The notes beneath the pieces were generated by a model. The model was not told the DNA's origin. It was given only the letters and a program-made list of their open reading frames with translations, and searched no databases. Shown here in pieces: positions 14,692 through 24,000 of a stretch of DNA of 24,000 nt. Each line of letters begins with the position of its first letter. Position 1 is the stretch's first letter. The position numbers and the translations under genes were made by a program. Location of the stretch: contig JAJRQD010000138.1 in NCBI GenBank assembly GCA_024280435.1, positions 1 through 24,000 of the forward strand, in the 5' to 3' direction. This stretch comes from an archaeon (GTDB lineage Archaea; Asgardarchaeota; Heimdallarchaeia; Heimdallarchaeales; Kariarchaeaceae).

Positions 14692-15591
14692 CTAGATATA
14701 CATTTTTCCTTTTGATACTAAATATGTTCTTCCACCTGTCCTTGTATGAACTAGAGAATTGTCCTCAAATATCAAAGTATTGTATAGCTTACTAGGCCTT
14801 CCCATCTCATAACCTTGTTCAGTAATGATTTCTATTGACCCATTTTTGGATGAGGGGATAAGTCCCAATTTATGCAGTGCCATTGCAAGAGATGCCTGTG
14901 CAGATCCTGTTGCAGGATCCTCAACAATACCTGATTTAGGTGCATATAATCTTGCTCTTACATCACCACCATCCTTTGCATCCATAGTGAAAACATAGGG
15001 TTCACTTTTGATAATATCAAACTCATCAACTAGTCTTTGCATGTTGGGTTTCAACTTTCTCATAACCTCTGCTGATTTTACAGGTACAAATATAAATGGT
15101 AGGTCTGAAGGCGCAATTTTGTAAAGAGGTAGATCCATTATATCACTCTCCTCAATACCAAGTATCTCTGCAATATATTCTCTATCATGGAATTCTCCAT
15201 TGAGTATAGGTGGAAACTGATCCATGGTACAAATGTCTATCATCTCATCATTTTCAATAGTAACCTCAACAGATCCAAGTTTGAGATTCAACACTAGTTT
15301 TGATCTTGCAGGATTGTTATCTCTCCATATTTTTTCCAGGATATAAGCAGTACCAATTGTTGGATGACCTGCAAATGGTATCTCACGATCTGGAAGGAAT
15401 ATCTTCACATCTGCACCTTTATCATCATAATTTGTGATGAATGTGGACTCGGAATAATTGAATTGTCTTGCTATCTGTTGCATCTCTTCTGTGTTCAGAT
15501 TGTCTGCACCAAATACCACTCCAAGTTGGTTTCCACCATAGATCCCTCTTTCTGAGAAAACATTCACAGTGTAGAACTCAAATTCTTTCAT
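14692..15591 (-). CDS. PhzF-family isomerase (299 aa)
   Basis: The family N-terminus YTVNVFSE...GNQLGVV....L..EEMQQIARQFNYSESTFI is present, together with FAGHPTIGTA and a C-terminal EDPATGSA motif. Confidence 0.9.
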   Translation of the reverse strand: MKEFEFYTVNVFSERGIYGGNQLGVVFGADNLNTEEMQQIARQFNYSESTFITNYDDKGADVKIFLPDREIPFAGHPTIGTAYILEKIWRDNNPARSKLVLNLKLGSVEVTIENDEMIDICTMDQFPPILNGEFHDREYIAEILGIEESDIMDLPLYKIAPSDLPFIFVPVKSAEVMRKLKPNMQRLVDEFDIIKSEPYVFTMDAKDGGDVRARLYAPKSGIVEDPATGSAQASLAMALHKLGLIPSSKNGSIEIITEQGYEMGRPSKLYNTLIFEDNSLVHTRTGGRTYLVSKGKMYI

Positions 15592-15651
15592 AGTTGTATT
15601 TTATTAGTTAATTATAAAAAATATTACAATTGGGATATTTTTTGATATAAT

Positions 15652-15969
15652 TCATTCCTCTTCCATTTTCATAATAAGATGACATACCTGCTTCAGTAAA
15701 TTTGCCTCATCTTCGGATATGTTAGAATCATCTCTTGCAGTTTCATATGCCCCCTCCATCACACGCATTCTCTTCTCAAAGAGTTCATCTCTCTCCTCAT
15801 CATCAATTATCCCATCCTTAACTGCTTTTTTGAGAAAGTCAGTGTATGCTTCAAGATTCTTCACAATCACAGATATTAATCTCTGTTCCTCTTTCGAGAG
15901 ATATCCATCTGACATTGCAACTTCTTTTAATTCTGCCTTCACTTTATAGATGTCAAATCGATTGACCAT
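15652..15969 (-). CDS. Small acidic helical protein, TerB-like repeat pattern (105 aa)
   Basis: There are three internal repeats of the D-G/S-x-[IL]-[SD]-x-[ED]-E-x-x-L type (SDGYLSKEEQRLI, KDGIIDDEERDEL, DDSNISEDEANLL). These resemble TerB/DjlA-N-type domains. The assignment is tentative. Confidence 0.4.
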   Translation of the reverse strand: MVNRFDIYKVKAELKEVAMSDGYLSKEEQRLISVIVKNLEAYTDFLKKAVKDGIIDDEERDELFEKRMRVMEGAYETARDDSNISEDEANLLKQVCHLIMKMEEE

Positions 15970-16091
15970 GTGAATAATTGGTGTTTACCATCTAATATCA
16001 CTTTCGATGACATATATCTATAAAGTATCTGTTAATATTGATAATTTATCAAAATAATAACATTTAACTCATATTTTTTCACATAATTTTG

Positions 16092-18977
16092 TTATTGATT
16101 TTTCAATGCTTTCTTCAAGAATTTAGCAGTATGACTTTTTCTACTTCTCGCAACTACTTCAGGAGTACCCTTGGCAACTACCTTTCCCCCTCCAATTCCC
16201 CCTTCAGGCCCTAGATCTATCACATAATCTGCATTCTTGATTACATCCATATTGTGCTCAATAATCAGTATTGAATTGCCCTTGTCAACTAATCTATGCA
16301 GTACCTCAAGCAGTTTTTTCACATCATGCTTTGATAGACCGGTGGTTGGTTCATCAAGTAAAATCAATGTTTGCCCAGTGACATTTTTTCCAAGCTGTTT
16401 GCTTAGTTTAATCCTCTGTGCCTCTCCACCCGAAAGAGTGGTTGCACTCTGCCCAAGCTTTAAATAACCACAACCAACATCCATCAGAGTATCAAGTATT
16501 TTCTTTATCTTGGGTATATTTTTGAAAAACTTGTGTGCTTCTGCTACACTCATATCCAGTATATCTGATACATTCTTACCCTTGTATGTAACTTCCAATG
16601 TCTCTGCATTGAAACGTTTACCCTTGCACACATCACATTCCACAAAAACATCACCCATGAAGCTCATCTCAATCTTGTTGTATCCATTACCTGAACAGGC
16701 CTCACATCTTCCTCCCTTCACATTGAATGAGAACCTACCCTTGGCATATCCCCTTAGCTTGGCAATCTGTGTCTGTGAGAATATATCTCTGACATGATCA
16801 AATATCTTGGTATATGTACTCGGGTTTGAACGGGGTGTCCTGCCAATTGGTTTCTGATCTATCATTATCACCTTATCAAGATATTCAAGGCCTAGTATAC
16901 TACCATACTTTCCTGGCTTATCCTTGGCACCATGAAATTCTCTTGCCAATGCTTTCCACAGAACATCTGTTATCAGAGATGATTTTCCAGATCCTGATAC
17001 TCCTGATATTACTGTTAGTACACCAAGAGGTATGTCCACATTGATTTTTTTCAGATTATTATGTGATACTCTCTTCATATTGATCCAGTTACTGTTTGGC
17101 TCTCTTCTGTGGCGTGGTGTTTCAATATCCCATTCACGTCTCATATATTTACCCGTGATTGTATCTGCTGCTGCAATCTCCTCTGGCGTACCATAAGCCA
17201 CAATCTCACCTCCATTAACACCTGCTTCAGGACCTAAATCCAGTATGAAATCAGCTGATTCAATAGTCTCATCATCATGCTCAATCACTACAATAGTATT
17301 TCCAAGATCTCTTAGTTCAAAAAATGTGTTTAATAATCTTTGATTATCCCTTTGATGTAGGCCTATTGATGGCTCATCAAGCACATATAGTACTCCAACT
17401 AGCTTAGATCCTATCTGTGTTGCCAATCTTATTCTCTGTGATTCTCCACCTGATAATGTTGCAGACTTTCTGTCAAGTGTTAGATACTCTAGACCGACCT
17501 CTTTCAGAAATCCAATTCGGCCCTTGATCTCAAGCAGTACCTGTTCTGCAATAAGTGCATCTCTCTCAGTAAGTTCTATATTATCAAAGAATTCATAGGC
17601 ATCACCTACACTTAATTGAACAATTTCCATAATGTTCTTACCACCAACCAGCACTCCAAGTGATGCAGGTTTTAATTTATGCCCTTTACATTCTGGACAG
17701 GTATTATATGCCATGAATTGTTCATAATATCTTCTTGCTCCATTGGACTTGGTATTTTTATGTCTTCTATATATTGTATTGATAATTCCTTCTGTCTTTC
17801 TATCAGATTCATATTTCCAGGATCTCTCTCCCTTATCTCCCTCAAATTTGAATTTAATGCGGTCTTCAGATCCATATAACATGGCATCAAGTGCTTTTTT
17901 AGGTAGATCTTTGATTGGTGTCTCCAGATCACCTCCAAAATGCTCTAACACAGTACCTATCTGTTTTACACTCCATGAATTTGAATCCTGGCTGAAGAAA
18001 CTTAAACCACCATCTTTGATACTGAGGTTCTTATCTGCAATCAGTAAATCTGCATCCACTTCAGACACAAATCCCAACCCTGTACAATGATTACATGCAC
18101 CAAGTGGATTATTGAATGAGAATATTCTTGGATTAAGTTCTCCGATTGATATTCCACATTCTATACAACCTGCAAATTCATGATAGAGCACAGTCTCTAT
18201 ATTTTTTGGATCATCAAGATAATCAATTCTCACTCTCCCCTCTGCTCTTCTAAGAGATGTCTCGACTGCCTCGTTTAACCTCCCACGTATCCCCTCTTTT
18301 ACTCTCAACCTATCAATCACAGCTGATATATCATGTTTGAAATTCTTATCCAGTTTTGGAGTCTCCTCATCTAACAGATACTCAACACCATCCACATCTA
18401 ATCGGTTGTATCCCTCTTTTTTCAATTCTGCAAATAATCTGGTGAATGTACCCTTTTCCTTGATAACAATGGGTGCAACAACTCTAAACCTTCTGCCCTC
18501 CTCATTCATTACCTTCTCAACAATTTGCTGTGCAGTGAGAGATCTCACCTCTTTTCCACAGTTGGGGCAGTGTGGAATGCCAATTGATGCATATAATATC
18601 CTGAGATAATCCATGATCTCAGTCACCGTACTGACAGTTGATCTGGGATTGCTTGAGGATGTTTTCTGTTCAATACAAATTGCAGGTGATAATCCTCTGA
18701 TTGATTTGACATGTGGTTTCTCCATTCTTCCGAGAAATTGTCTGGCATAAGAGGATAGAGATTCCACAAATCTTCTCTGCCCCTCTTTGAATAGTGTATC
18801 AATTGCAAGTGATGATTTACCTGATCCTGAGAGACCTGTGAATACTACGAACCTATTTCTTGGTATGCTGGCATTTACTCCCTTTAGATTATGTTCATTA
18901 GCCCCTTCGATTTCGATCCATTGTAACACATCTCGTTTATCTGGTAATGGTAATCTTCTGTTGATTTGTACAGTCAT
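16092..18977 (-). CDS. uvrA: Excinuclease ABC subunit A (961 aa)
   Basis: There are two ABC ATPase modules (GLSGSGKSS and GVSGSGKSS). The signatures are LSGGESQRIRLA and LSGGEAQRIKLS. Zinc-finger cysteine pairs are present (CPNCG, CIECG, CNHC, CPECKG, CEACSGNG, CDVCKG). Confidence 0.97.
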   Translation of the reverse strand: MTVQINRRLPLPDKRDVLQWIEIEGANEHNLKGVNASIPRNRFVVFTGLSGSGKSSLAIDTLFKEGQRRFVESLSSYARQFLGRMEKPHVKSIRGLSPAICIEQKTSSSNPRSTVSTVTEIMDYLRILYASIGIPHCPNCGKEVRSLTAQQIVEKVMNEEGRRFRVVAPIVIKEKGTFTRLFAELKKEGYNRLDVDGVEYLLDEETPKLDKNFKHDISAVIDRLRVKEGIRGRLNEAVETSLRRAEGRVRIDYLDDPKNIETVLYHEFAGCIECGISIGELNPRIFSFNNPLGACNHCTGLGFVSEVDADLLIADKNLSIKDGGLSFFSQDSNSWSVKQIGTVLEHFGGDLETPIKDLPKKALDAMLYGSEDRIKFKFEGDKGERSWKYESDRKTEGIINTIYRRHKNTKSNGARRYYEQFMAYNTCPECKGHKLKPASLGVLVGGKNIMEIVQLSVGDAYEFFDNIELTERDALIAEQVLLEIKGRIGFLKEVGLEYLTLDRKSATLSGGESQRIRLATQIGSKLVGVLYVLDEPSIGLHQRDNQRLLNTFFELRDLGNTIVVIEHDDETIESADFILDLGPEAGVNGGEIVAYGTPEEIAAADTITGKYMRREWDIETPRHRREPNSNWINMKRVSHNNLKKINVDIPLGVLTVISGVSGSGKSSLITDVLWKALAREFHGAKDKPGKYGSILGLEYLDKVIMIDQKPIGRTPRSNPSTYTKIFDHVRDIFSQTQIAKLRGYAKGRFSFNVKGGRCEACSGNGYNKIEMSFMGDVFVECDVCKGKRFNAETLEVTYKGKNVSDILDMSVAEAHKFFKNIPKIKKILDTLMDVGCGYLKLGQSATTLSGGEAQRIKLSKQLGKNVTGQTLILLDEPTTGLSKHDVKKLLEVLHRLVDKGNSILIIEHNMDVIKNADYVIDLGPEGGIGGGKVVAKGTPEVVARSRKSHTAKFLKKALKNQ

Positions 18978-19173
18978 TCTATCCTCTCTAGATTGTCAAT
19001 ATTGCAATAATTGCTCTGGGAATATATGAATATTGAAAGGAGAATATAAAAAGTGAAATTCAATACTCTGAAAAATATTTTGATATATAAGCTACTGAAT
19101 CAGATAATATTGATTTTACTGCTTTTATAATTGCTGAAGTCATAATCTTCACTTTTAATTTTAAACAGATATT

Positions 19174-21171
19174 TTATTTATTTCTCTCTATAATCAGTAA
19201 TTCATTGAGCTCTTTTATCTTATCTCTGAGCTCTGCTGCCAGTTCAAATTCAAGATTATCTGCTGCCTCATTCATCAGACCTTTCAATTCACCTATCATG
19301 GTAATCAGCTCAGATACCGCTACCTGATCATCTACCTTGTATTTTGCCAATTTTGCCGATGCTTCATCTGATAGTGTTTCAAGTACTGAGAAAATACCCT
19401 TGACAATTGTTTTTGGAGTAATATTATTGTCCTTGTTGTGTTTCAACTGTATTTTTCTCCTTCTGTTATTCGCTGTGATGGCTTCTCTCATCGAATCTGA
19501 TATTGTATCTGCATACAGTATCACCATACCCTCTGCATTTCTAGCAGCTCTTCCCATAATCTGTGTCAATGAGCGGGTACTTCTAAGAAATCCCTGTTTA
19601 TCTGCATCTAGTATCGCAACCAGGCTTACTTCTGGAAGATCCAATCCCTCTCTCAGTAGATTGATACCAACAAGTACGTCTATCTCTCCTCCTCTCAGTG
19701 AATTCAGTATTTGTACTCTTTCCAGAGTATCAATGTCTGAGTGCATATACTGGGATTTCAATCCTGATTTGGCAAAAAAATCTGACAGGTCCTCAGCCAT
19801 CCTCTTGGTCAGAGTAGTAACAAGTACTCTCTCCCCTCTCGTAATTCTCTTCTCTACCTCCACCATCAGATCATCCACCTGGTTTTTAGATGGTCTAACA
19901 TCAATTGTTGGATCAACAAGGCCGGTAGGCCTGATAATCTGTTCCACTACCTGATCTGATTTATCTAGTTCATACTCTGCTGGAGTTGCACTCACAAATA
20001 AAGTGGTTGGCATTCTCTTCTCAAATTCCTCCCATCTCAATGGACGATTATCATATGCACTTGGTAATCTGAAACCATGATTGATAAGGTTCTGCTTTCT
20101 GGAAAAATCTCCTCCATACATCCCTCTCACCTGTGGCAAGGTAACGTGACTCTCATCAACAATCATCAGAAAATCATCTGGAAAATGATCAATCAGTGTA
20201 TATGGTGGATCGCCCGGTAATCTTCCATCAAAATATCTTGAATAGTTCTCTATACCGGAACAATATCCTAGCTCTTCCAACTGTTCCAGATCATAATGTG
20301 TTCTCTGGGTTATTCTCTCCGCAGATACATAGTTCCTGTTTTTCTCAAACTCATCCACTCTTTCTCTCAAATCATCTCTTATCTGATGTAATGCTGATTT
20401 AATCTGTTCCTCTTTTGTCAAATACTGTGTGGAGGGGTATATCACAATCTCATCTGGAGTATCTATTCTATTTCCCGTTAATGGATCTATAATTGTTATC
20501 TGTTCAACCTCATCACCAAAAAATTCCACTCGTATACCCTCTTCTTGATATATGGGCTTTATCTCAACCCTATCTCCCTTGGCTCGAAAAGTCTTGGATT
20601 TGAAATCCATCTCGTTTCTTCTGTATTGTAATTCCACAAGTCGACTGAGCAGACTATCTCTCTCAAGCTCCATACCTTTTTTTAATTTGATTGTGAAGTC
20701 TCTGTAAGTTTCTGGAAGACCAACATTGTATATGCAGGATACTGAAGCCACAATAATCACATCTTCCCTCTCTGCAAGTGCTTTTGTTGATGCGTTTCTC
20801 AGTTTATCAATCTCTTCATTGATATTGAAATCCTTGGCAATATACAGATCTTTTGTTGGCATGTATGCCTCTGGTTGGTAGTAATCATAAAAGCTGACGA
20901 AATATTTCACCGCATTATTGGGGAAAAAATGTTTGAACTCTGCGAATAATTGTGCTGCAAGTGTTTTGTTCGGTGCAATCACCAGTGTTGGCTTGTTAAG
21001 TTTGGCAATTATATGTGATGCAGTGAACGTCTTTCCAGAGCCGGTTACCCCGTGTAGTGTCTGAAATTTGTACTTTTTATCTTTATATCCATTAACTAGT
21101 TTATTAATTGCCTCTGGTTGATCTCCTGTGGGAGTATAATCAGTCTTCAGCTCAAACCTGTTGTCACTCAT
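19174..21171 (-). CDS. uvrB: Excinuclease ABC subunit B (about 665 aa)
   Basis: Walker A is GVTGSGKT, and DESH, helicase motifs and the C-terminal UVR domain (FELAAELRDKIKEL) are present. The track ORF begins at 21231. The conserved N-terminus (MSDNRFELKTDYTPTGDQPEAI) starts at the second Met, at 21171. Confidence 0.95.
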   Translation of the reverse strand: MSDNRFELKTDYTPTGDQPEAINKLVNGYKDKKYKFQTLHGVTGSGKTFTASHIIAKLNKPTLVIAPNKTLAAQLFAEFKHFFPNNAVKYFVSFYDYYQPEAYMPTKDLYIAKDFNINEEIDKLRNASTKALAEREDVIIVASVSCIYNVGLPETYRDFTIKLKKGMELERDSLLSRLVELQYRRNEMDFKSKTFRAKGDRVEIKPIYQEEGIRVEFFGDEVEQITIIDPLTGNRIDTPDEIVIYPSTQYLTKEEQIKSALHQIRDDLRERVDEFEKNRNYVSAERITQRTHYDLEQLEELGYCSGIENYSRYFDGRLPGDPPYTLIDHFPDDFLMIVDESHVTLPQVRGMYGGDFSRKQNLINHGFRLPSAYDNRPLRWEEFEKRMPTTLFVSATPAEYELDKSDQVVEQIIRPTGLVDPTIDVRPSKNQVDDLMVEVEKRITRGERVLVTTLTKRMAEDLSDFFAKSGLKSQYMHSDIDTLERVQILNSLRGGEIDVLVGINLLREGLDLPEVSLVAILDADKQGFLRSTRSLTQIMGRAARNAEGMVILYADTISDSMREAITANNRRRKIQLKHNKDNNITPKTIVKGIFSVLETLSDEASAKLAKYKVDDQVAVSELITMIGELKGLMNEAADNLEFELAAELRDKIKELNELLIIERNK

Positions 21172-21402
21172 TCTCGCACCTGTAATTATGTAATTTTCAC
21201 AAGATATAATTGCAATGGTAGAAGCAATCATATTTTCAAATTATTTTATATTGCAAATTATATTATAAAAAACAGATGACTGATAATTACAAGTGAATTT
21301 ATCCTTGCTATCTTCTCTGTATTATTATTAAACAAACTATTTGTGTATGTGGAATAAAAGATGATTTTTAAACATGAGTTGGGTACTTAAATTTAGAATA
21401 AC

Positions 21403-22485
21403 ATGGATCCACAAGAAGCACTATCTGTAATGAAAAGAAATACACAGGAGATTGTTGATGAGAATGAATTATTTGAATTACTGAAAAGAGTAGATAAAGG
21501 GGAGAGTATCAATGCATACTGGGGTACTGCTCCCACAGGAAGAGTACATATTGGCTATCTCATACCAATGAGTAAAATAGCTGATTTTCTCACGGTAGGT
21601 ATCAATTTCAAGGTACTACTGGCTGATATTCATGCACATCTGGATGATCAGAAAAGCCCATTTGAATTACTGGATCACAGAACTGAGTACTACAAACAGA
21701 TTGTTATCGGCTTACTAGAGGGATTGGAAGTTGATGTCTCACGATTGACATTTGTTAGAGGTAGAGATTTTGAGTTGAAAGAAAGGTATGGAATGGATCT
21801 ATTAAGAATGTCTGCATTTGTATCATTCAACCGTGCTAAAAGAGCAGGTGCTGAGGTGGTAAGACAGAAAGAGGATCCTAAACTGGGTGGCTTCATCTAT
21901 CCTCTGATGCAATCAATTGATGTACCACATCTTGAATGTGAGATTGCATTTGGTGGTATTGATCAGAGAGGTATTTACATGCTATCAAGAGAATTTCTAC
22001 CAAAGCTGGGGTATGATAAACCTGTATGTGTGTTCAATCCTCTCTTACCTGGACTAACAGGTGGAAAAATGTCTGCATCAGATGAGAATTCGAAAATTGA
22101 CTGTCTAGATACTCCAAAGAAAGTTAAGAAGAAAATGGGAAAGGCATTCTGTCCTGAAAAAGAAGTGGATGGAAATGGAGTACTGGCATTTGTAAAAACA
22201 GTGATATTTCCGTATTTAGAACGAAAAAATGAGGAATTTATGATTGATCGTCCTGAGAAATTCGGTGGTAAACTTACTTATCTGGATTATGATTCACTTG
22301 AGAAGGCTTTTGTTGCAGGAGATCTTCATCCATTGGATCTTAAAATGGGAATGTCTGAATATGTCAATGTCATTCTAGATAAGGTAAGAAAAAGATTCGA
22401 GGATCGACCGGAGTTATTGGATGCTGCATATCCAAAACCTGTTAAGAAATCTAAAAAAACAAAAAAGAAATCCAAGAAGAATTAA
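21403..22485 (+). CDS. tyrS: Tyrosyl-tRNA synthetase, archaeal/eukaryal type, with Lys-rich C-terminal tail (360 aa)
   Basis: The class I HIGH-type motif is PTGRVHIGY and the KMSKS variant is GKMSAS. Overall length and order match archaeal TyrRS. The tail is KPVKKSKKTKKKSKKN. Confidence 0.95.
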   Translation: MDPQEALSVMKRNTQEIVDENELFELLKRVDKGESINAYWGTAPTGRVHIGYLIPMSKIADFLTVGINFKVLLADIHAHLDDQKSPFELLDHRTEYYKQIVIGLLEGLEVDVSRLTFVRGRDFELKERYGMDLLRMSAFVSFNRAKRAGAEVVRQKEDPKLGGFIYPLMQSIDVPHLECEIAFGGIDQRGIYMLSREFLPKLGYDKPVCVFNPLLPGLTGGKMSASDENSKIDCLDTPKKVKKKMGKAFCPEKEVDGNGVLAFVKTVIFPYLERKNEEFMIDRPEKFGGKLTYLDYDSLEKAFVAGDLHPLDLKMGMSEYVNVILDKVRKRFEDRPELLDAAYPKPVKKSKKTKKKSKKN

Positions 22486-23489
22486 TCCAATTTGAATTGT
22501 ATATAATCATTATCAAATGGATTTCCACGAGTTGCATGTATCTCTCTTTTGCTGAGGTCCATAATTATTGAGGTAACAGTACCGATATTACCAATATCCT
22601 CATTGAGTATGTATGGTCTACAAATCGGCAGTTGTGAATTCGTCTGATCTGCAAGAATTGATTTTGCATTATCAATTGTATGATCTATTTCATGCATCAT
22701 CTCACCCGCTCTGGCATATCTTGAGAATGAACTGGCAAGTTTCTCAGTATCTGTATTCAGAGTATCGTCTGCCAGAAAATGATTTGTATGCAAAAATACC
22801 TCTTTATCTCTGGTTTCAGTCACTTTATCCCCTGCAAATTCTAAATTGATAAATTGCCCATTGTCATTGGCAAATATTATATTGCTTGATTTACCATACC
22901 TATAATCTCTCAAATTTGTGATGCCATCTGATAGACTATCTGAATCTAGCAGGTGTCTCAAAGTGATATGTATTGGTAATCCGCACATTTTTCCATCCAT
23001 ATGCAGAAAATTCAGTGTCACTCCAAGTCCCTTGGAATTAATTCCAATCTTTCCTATTATTCCTGGCTCTGTAATCTGTAAAATAGTGTGTCCATCTGTT
23101 CTCTTAATCCTCATCATTACCATCAATTTTTCAAGATCCTCTGCCCAGTCCCAATTTTGAACGAGTAATGATGATTTTCCAAAATAGAATGCAGTGCATT
23201 CCGAAACAAATTGAGTTAGTATCTCAGTTCTTGAATTGAGTGCATATATCCATAGTGGTTCTACATTTGCACCTTTTGCAATTGCCTCTATCTCATCTGC
23301 ATAATCTCTGTTAAACTCAATTATGACATCTCTATATATTTTAGCTGCATCAAGTATCTCCTCTTCAGTTCTATTAAATATTCTGTGGTAATATCTAATT
23401 GTGTTCTTTATCCTGTCTGATAATATTTTTCCGTGTTGCAGTCCAATCTCAATTGATGTACCCTGCAATTCAATTAATGGCAATATCAC
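22482..23489 (-). CDS. Peptidase C45 / acyl-CoA:6-aminopenicillanic-acid acyltransferase-family (Ntn-hydrolase) protein (335 aa)
   Basis: The N-terminal L.GT..E.G.QHG pattern is present. A putative autoprocessing/nucleophile Cys lies in SECTAFYF, followed by QNWDW. The stop codon shares the TTAA at 22482-22485 with the tyrS stop. Confidence 0.7.
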   Translation of the reverse strand: MILPLIELQGTSIEIGLQHGKILSDRIKNTIRYYHRIFNRTEEEILDAAKIYRDVIIEFNRDYADEIEAIAKGANVEPLWIYALNSRTEILTQFVSECTAFYFGKSSLLVQNWDWAEDLEKLMVMMRIKRTDGHTILQITEPGIIGKIGINSKGLGVTLNFLHMDGKMCGLPIHITLRHLLDSDSLSDGITNLRDYRYGKSSNIIFANDNGQFINLEFAGDKVTETRDKEVFLHTNHFLADDTLNTDTEKLASSFSRYARAGEMMHEIDHTIDNAKSILADQTNSQLPICRPYILNEDIGNIGTVTSIIMDLSKREIHATRGNPFDNDYIQFKLD

Positions 23490-23604
23490 TGATACGTGAG
23501 TTATACTGGCCTGTTAAATATCTAGCTCACTAAGTACATAAAATCTGTCAGTAAGATCTGAGTTTCATTGATAACTATAAAATAAGGGAATAGAATATCC
23601 ATAT

Positions 23605-24000
23605 ATGGAATATTCAAAAAATGAGCAGAAATTGGATAGAATACAGTTTATTACCGGCTCTATGTCTATTGGTATGGTATTAACCTTACAGTTTGTGTAT
23701 TTTCCAGTAATCCAATATATGTCAAATTACTTAACTGGTCTAATCCGTTATCTATCCGTATTCTCTATTTTTCTGATACTGGATCTGTACTTCACAATAA
23801 GTAATCTTAGAGTATCTGATGACTGGGAGAAGCATAAATACCTACGGATGAATATAGGTCTACTATCAGCGGGTATATTTATTCATATATTTTTCATATT
23901 ACCCGGTATTTTCAATTTAAATTCTGACTTTGTATCATCTTTGAACACTAGATTCATATTAGTGACATTTATCTATCTGTGGAAAGCTTTAATCCAGATA
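23605..24000 (+). CDS. Membrane protein, 5' part only (runs off the window)
   Basis: The ATG at 23605 opens a frame that stays open for 132 codons to the window edge. At least three hydrophobic segments are present (SMSIGMVLTLQFVYFPVI, LSVFSIFLILDLYF, IGLLSAGIFIHIFFILPGIF). It is absent from the track because it has no stop codon in the window. Confidence 0.5.
   Translation, partial: MEYSKNEQKLDRIQFITGSMSIGMVLTLQFVYFPVIQYMSNYLTGLIRYLSVFSIFLILDLYFTISNLRVSDDWEKHKYLRMNIGLLSAGIFIHIFFILPGIFNLNSDFVSSLNTRFILVTFIYLWKALIQI

Noticed and set aside
16038-16052. TTGATAATTTATCAA, a 7-1-7 palindrome with GATAA/TTATC halves reminiscent of a Fur box, upstream of the TerB-like gene
   Set aside because: The half-site spacing differs from the canonical TGATAAT-N-ATTATCA. 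Short A/T palindromes are expected by chance in sequence this AT-rich, and there is no iron-related gene context.
19060-19143. A 27-codon minus-strand ORF (MTSAIIKAVKSILSDSVAYISKYFSEY*) between uvrB and uvrA
   Set aside because: It is plausibly just the uvrA promoter/leader region, and there is no supporting conservation within the window.
19337-19954. A 205-aa + strand ORF, with many similar 60-115-aa ORFs in the track (574..897, 1483..1713, 1720..1989, 5035..5349, 6003..6269, 12081..12422, 16237..18609 series, 22613..23160)
   Set aside because: All lie entirely antisense to, or out of frame within, long ORFs that carry unmistakable family motifs (uvrB, uvrA, feoB, SDR and others). Their translations are low-complexity S/L/I/F-rich strings with no motifs. 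They are shadow ORFs.
21172-21231. A 20-codon N-terminal extension of uvrB (MIASTIAIISCENYIITGAR) given by the ORF track
   Set aside because: The conserved UvrB N-terminus begins at the second Met, and the extension is hydrophobic filler. I annotate the start at 21171.
1-24000. A search by eye for tRNA, rRNA, RNase P/SRP-like or other structured RNA genes
   Set aside because: No intergenic segment shows the local G+C enrichment and nested complementarity expected for structured RNAs in an AT-rich archaeal genome. A covariance-model scan (tRNAscan/Infernal) would be needed to be definitive.

Overview
This is a visibly AT-rich, gene-dense chromosomal segment that reads as archaeal. It has an archaeal/eukaryal-type TyrRS. 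Start codons lack Shine-Dalgarno-like motifs but have A/T-rich TATA-like boxes roughly 25-35 nt upstream (leaderless style). Bacterial-type UvrA/UvrB are also present, as in many mesophilic archaea. A low-GC Nitrososphaerota (Thaumarchaeota)-like source is plausible but cannot be proven without a database search. I support about two dozen protein-coding genes or fragments. Housekeeping genes are uvrA, uvrB, tyrS and feoA-feoB plus a FeoC-like gene. Enzymes are a glycerate 2-kinase, an SDR, a PlsC-type acyltransferase, PhzF, a C45 peptidase, a GNAT and a SAM methyltransferase. There is one clear pseudogene remnant (class-V aminotransferase). I saw no rRNA, tRNA, CRISPR array, integrase or transposase. 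Two patches look accessory. (i) At 7.9-10.8 kb lies a decaying duplicated cassette. It contains a TPR-repeat gene split on an A7 slippery run, ~80-bp direct repeats carrying the TPR promoter/5' end, and an untracked paralogous family of ~35-codon small ORFs (signal peptide plus C-x9-C). One small ORF has a start-stop overlap with the SAM methyltransferase. This is my best candidate for an undescribed system, possibly peptide signalling or peptide modification. (ii) At 2.3-5.7 kb lies a stand-alone OLD-family ATPase-Toprim nuclease flanked by a zinc-ribbon/LOR (tubby-like) protein and an alpha/alpha-toroid protein. This is a candidate defence locus with non-canonical neighbours. All domain calls come from motif recognition by eye; none is verified by HMM or BLAST.
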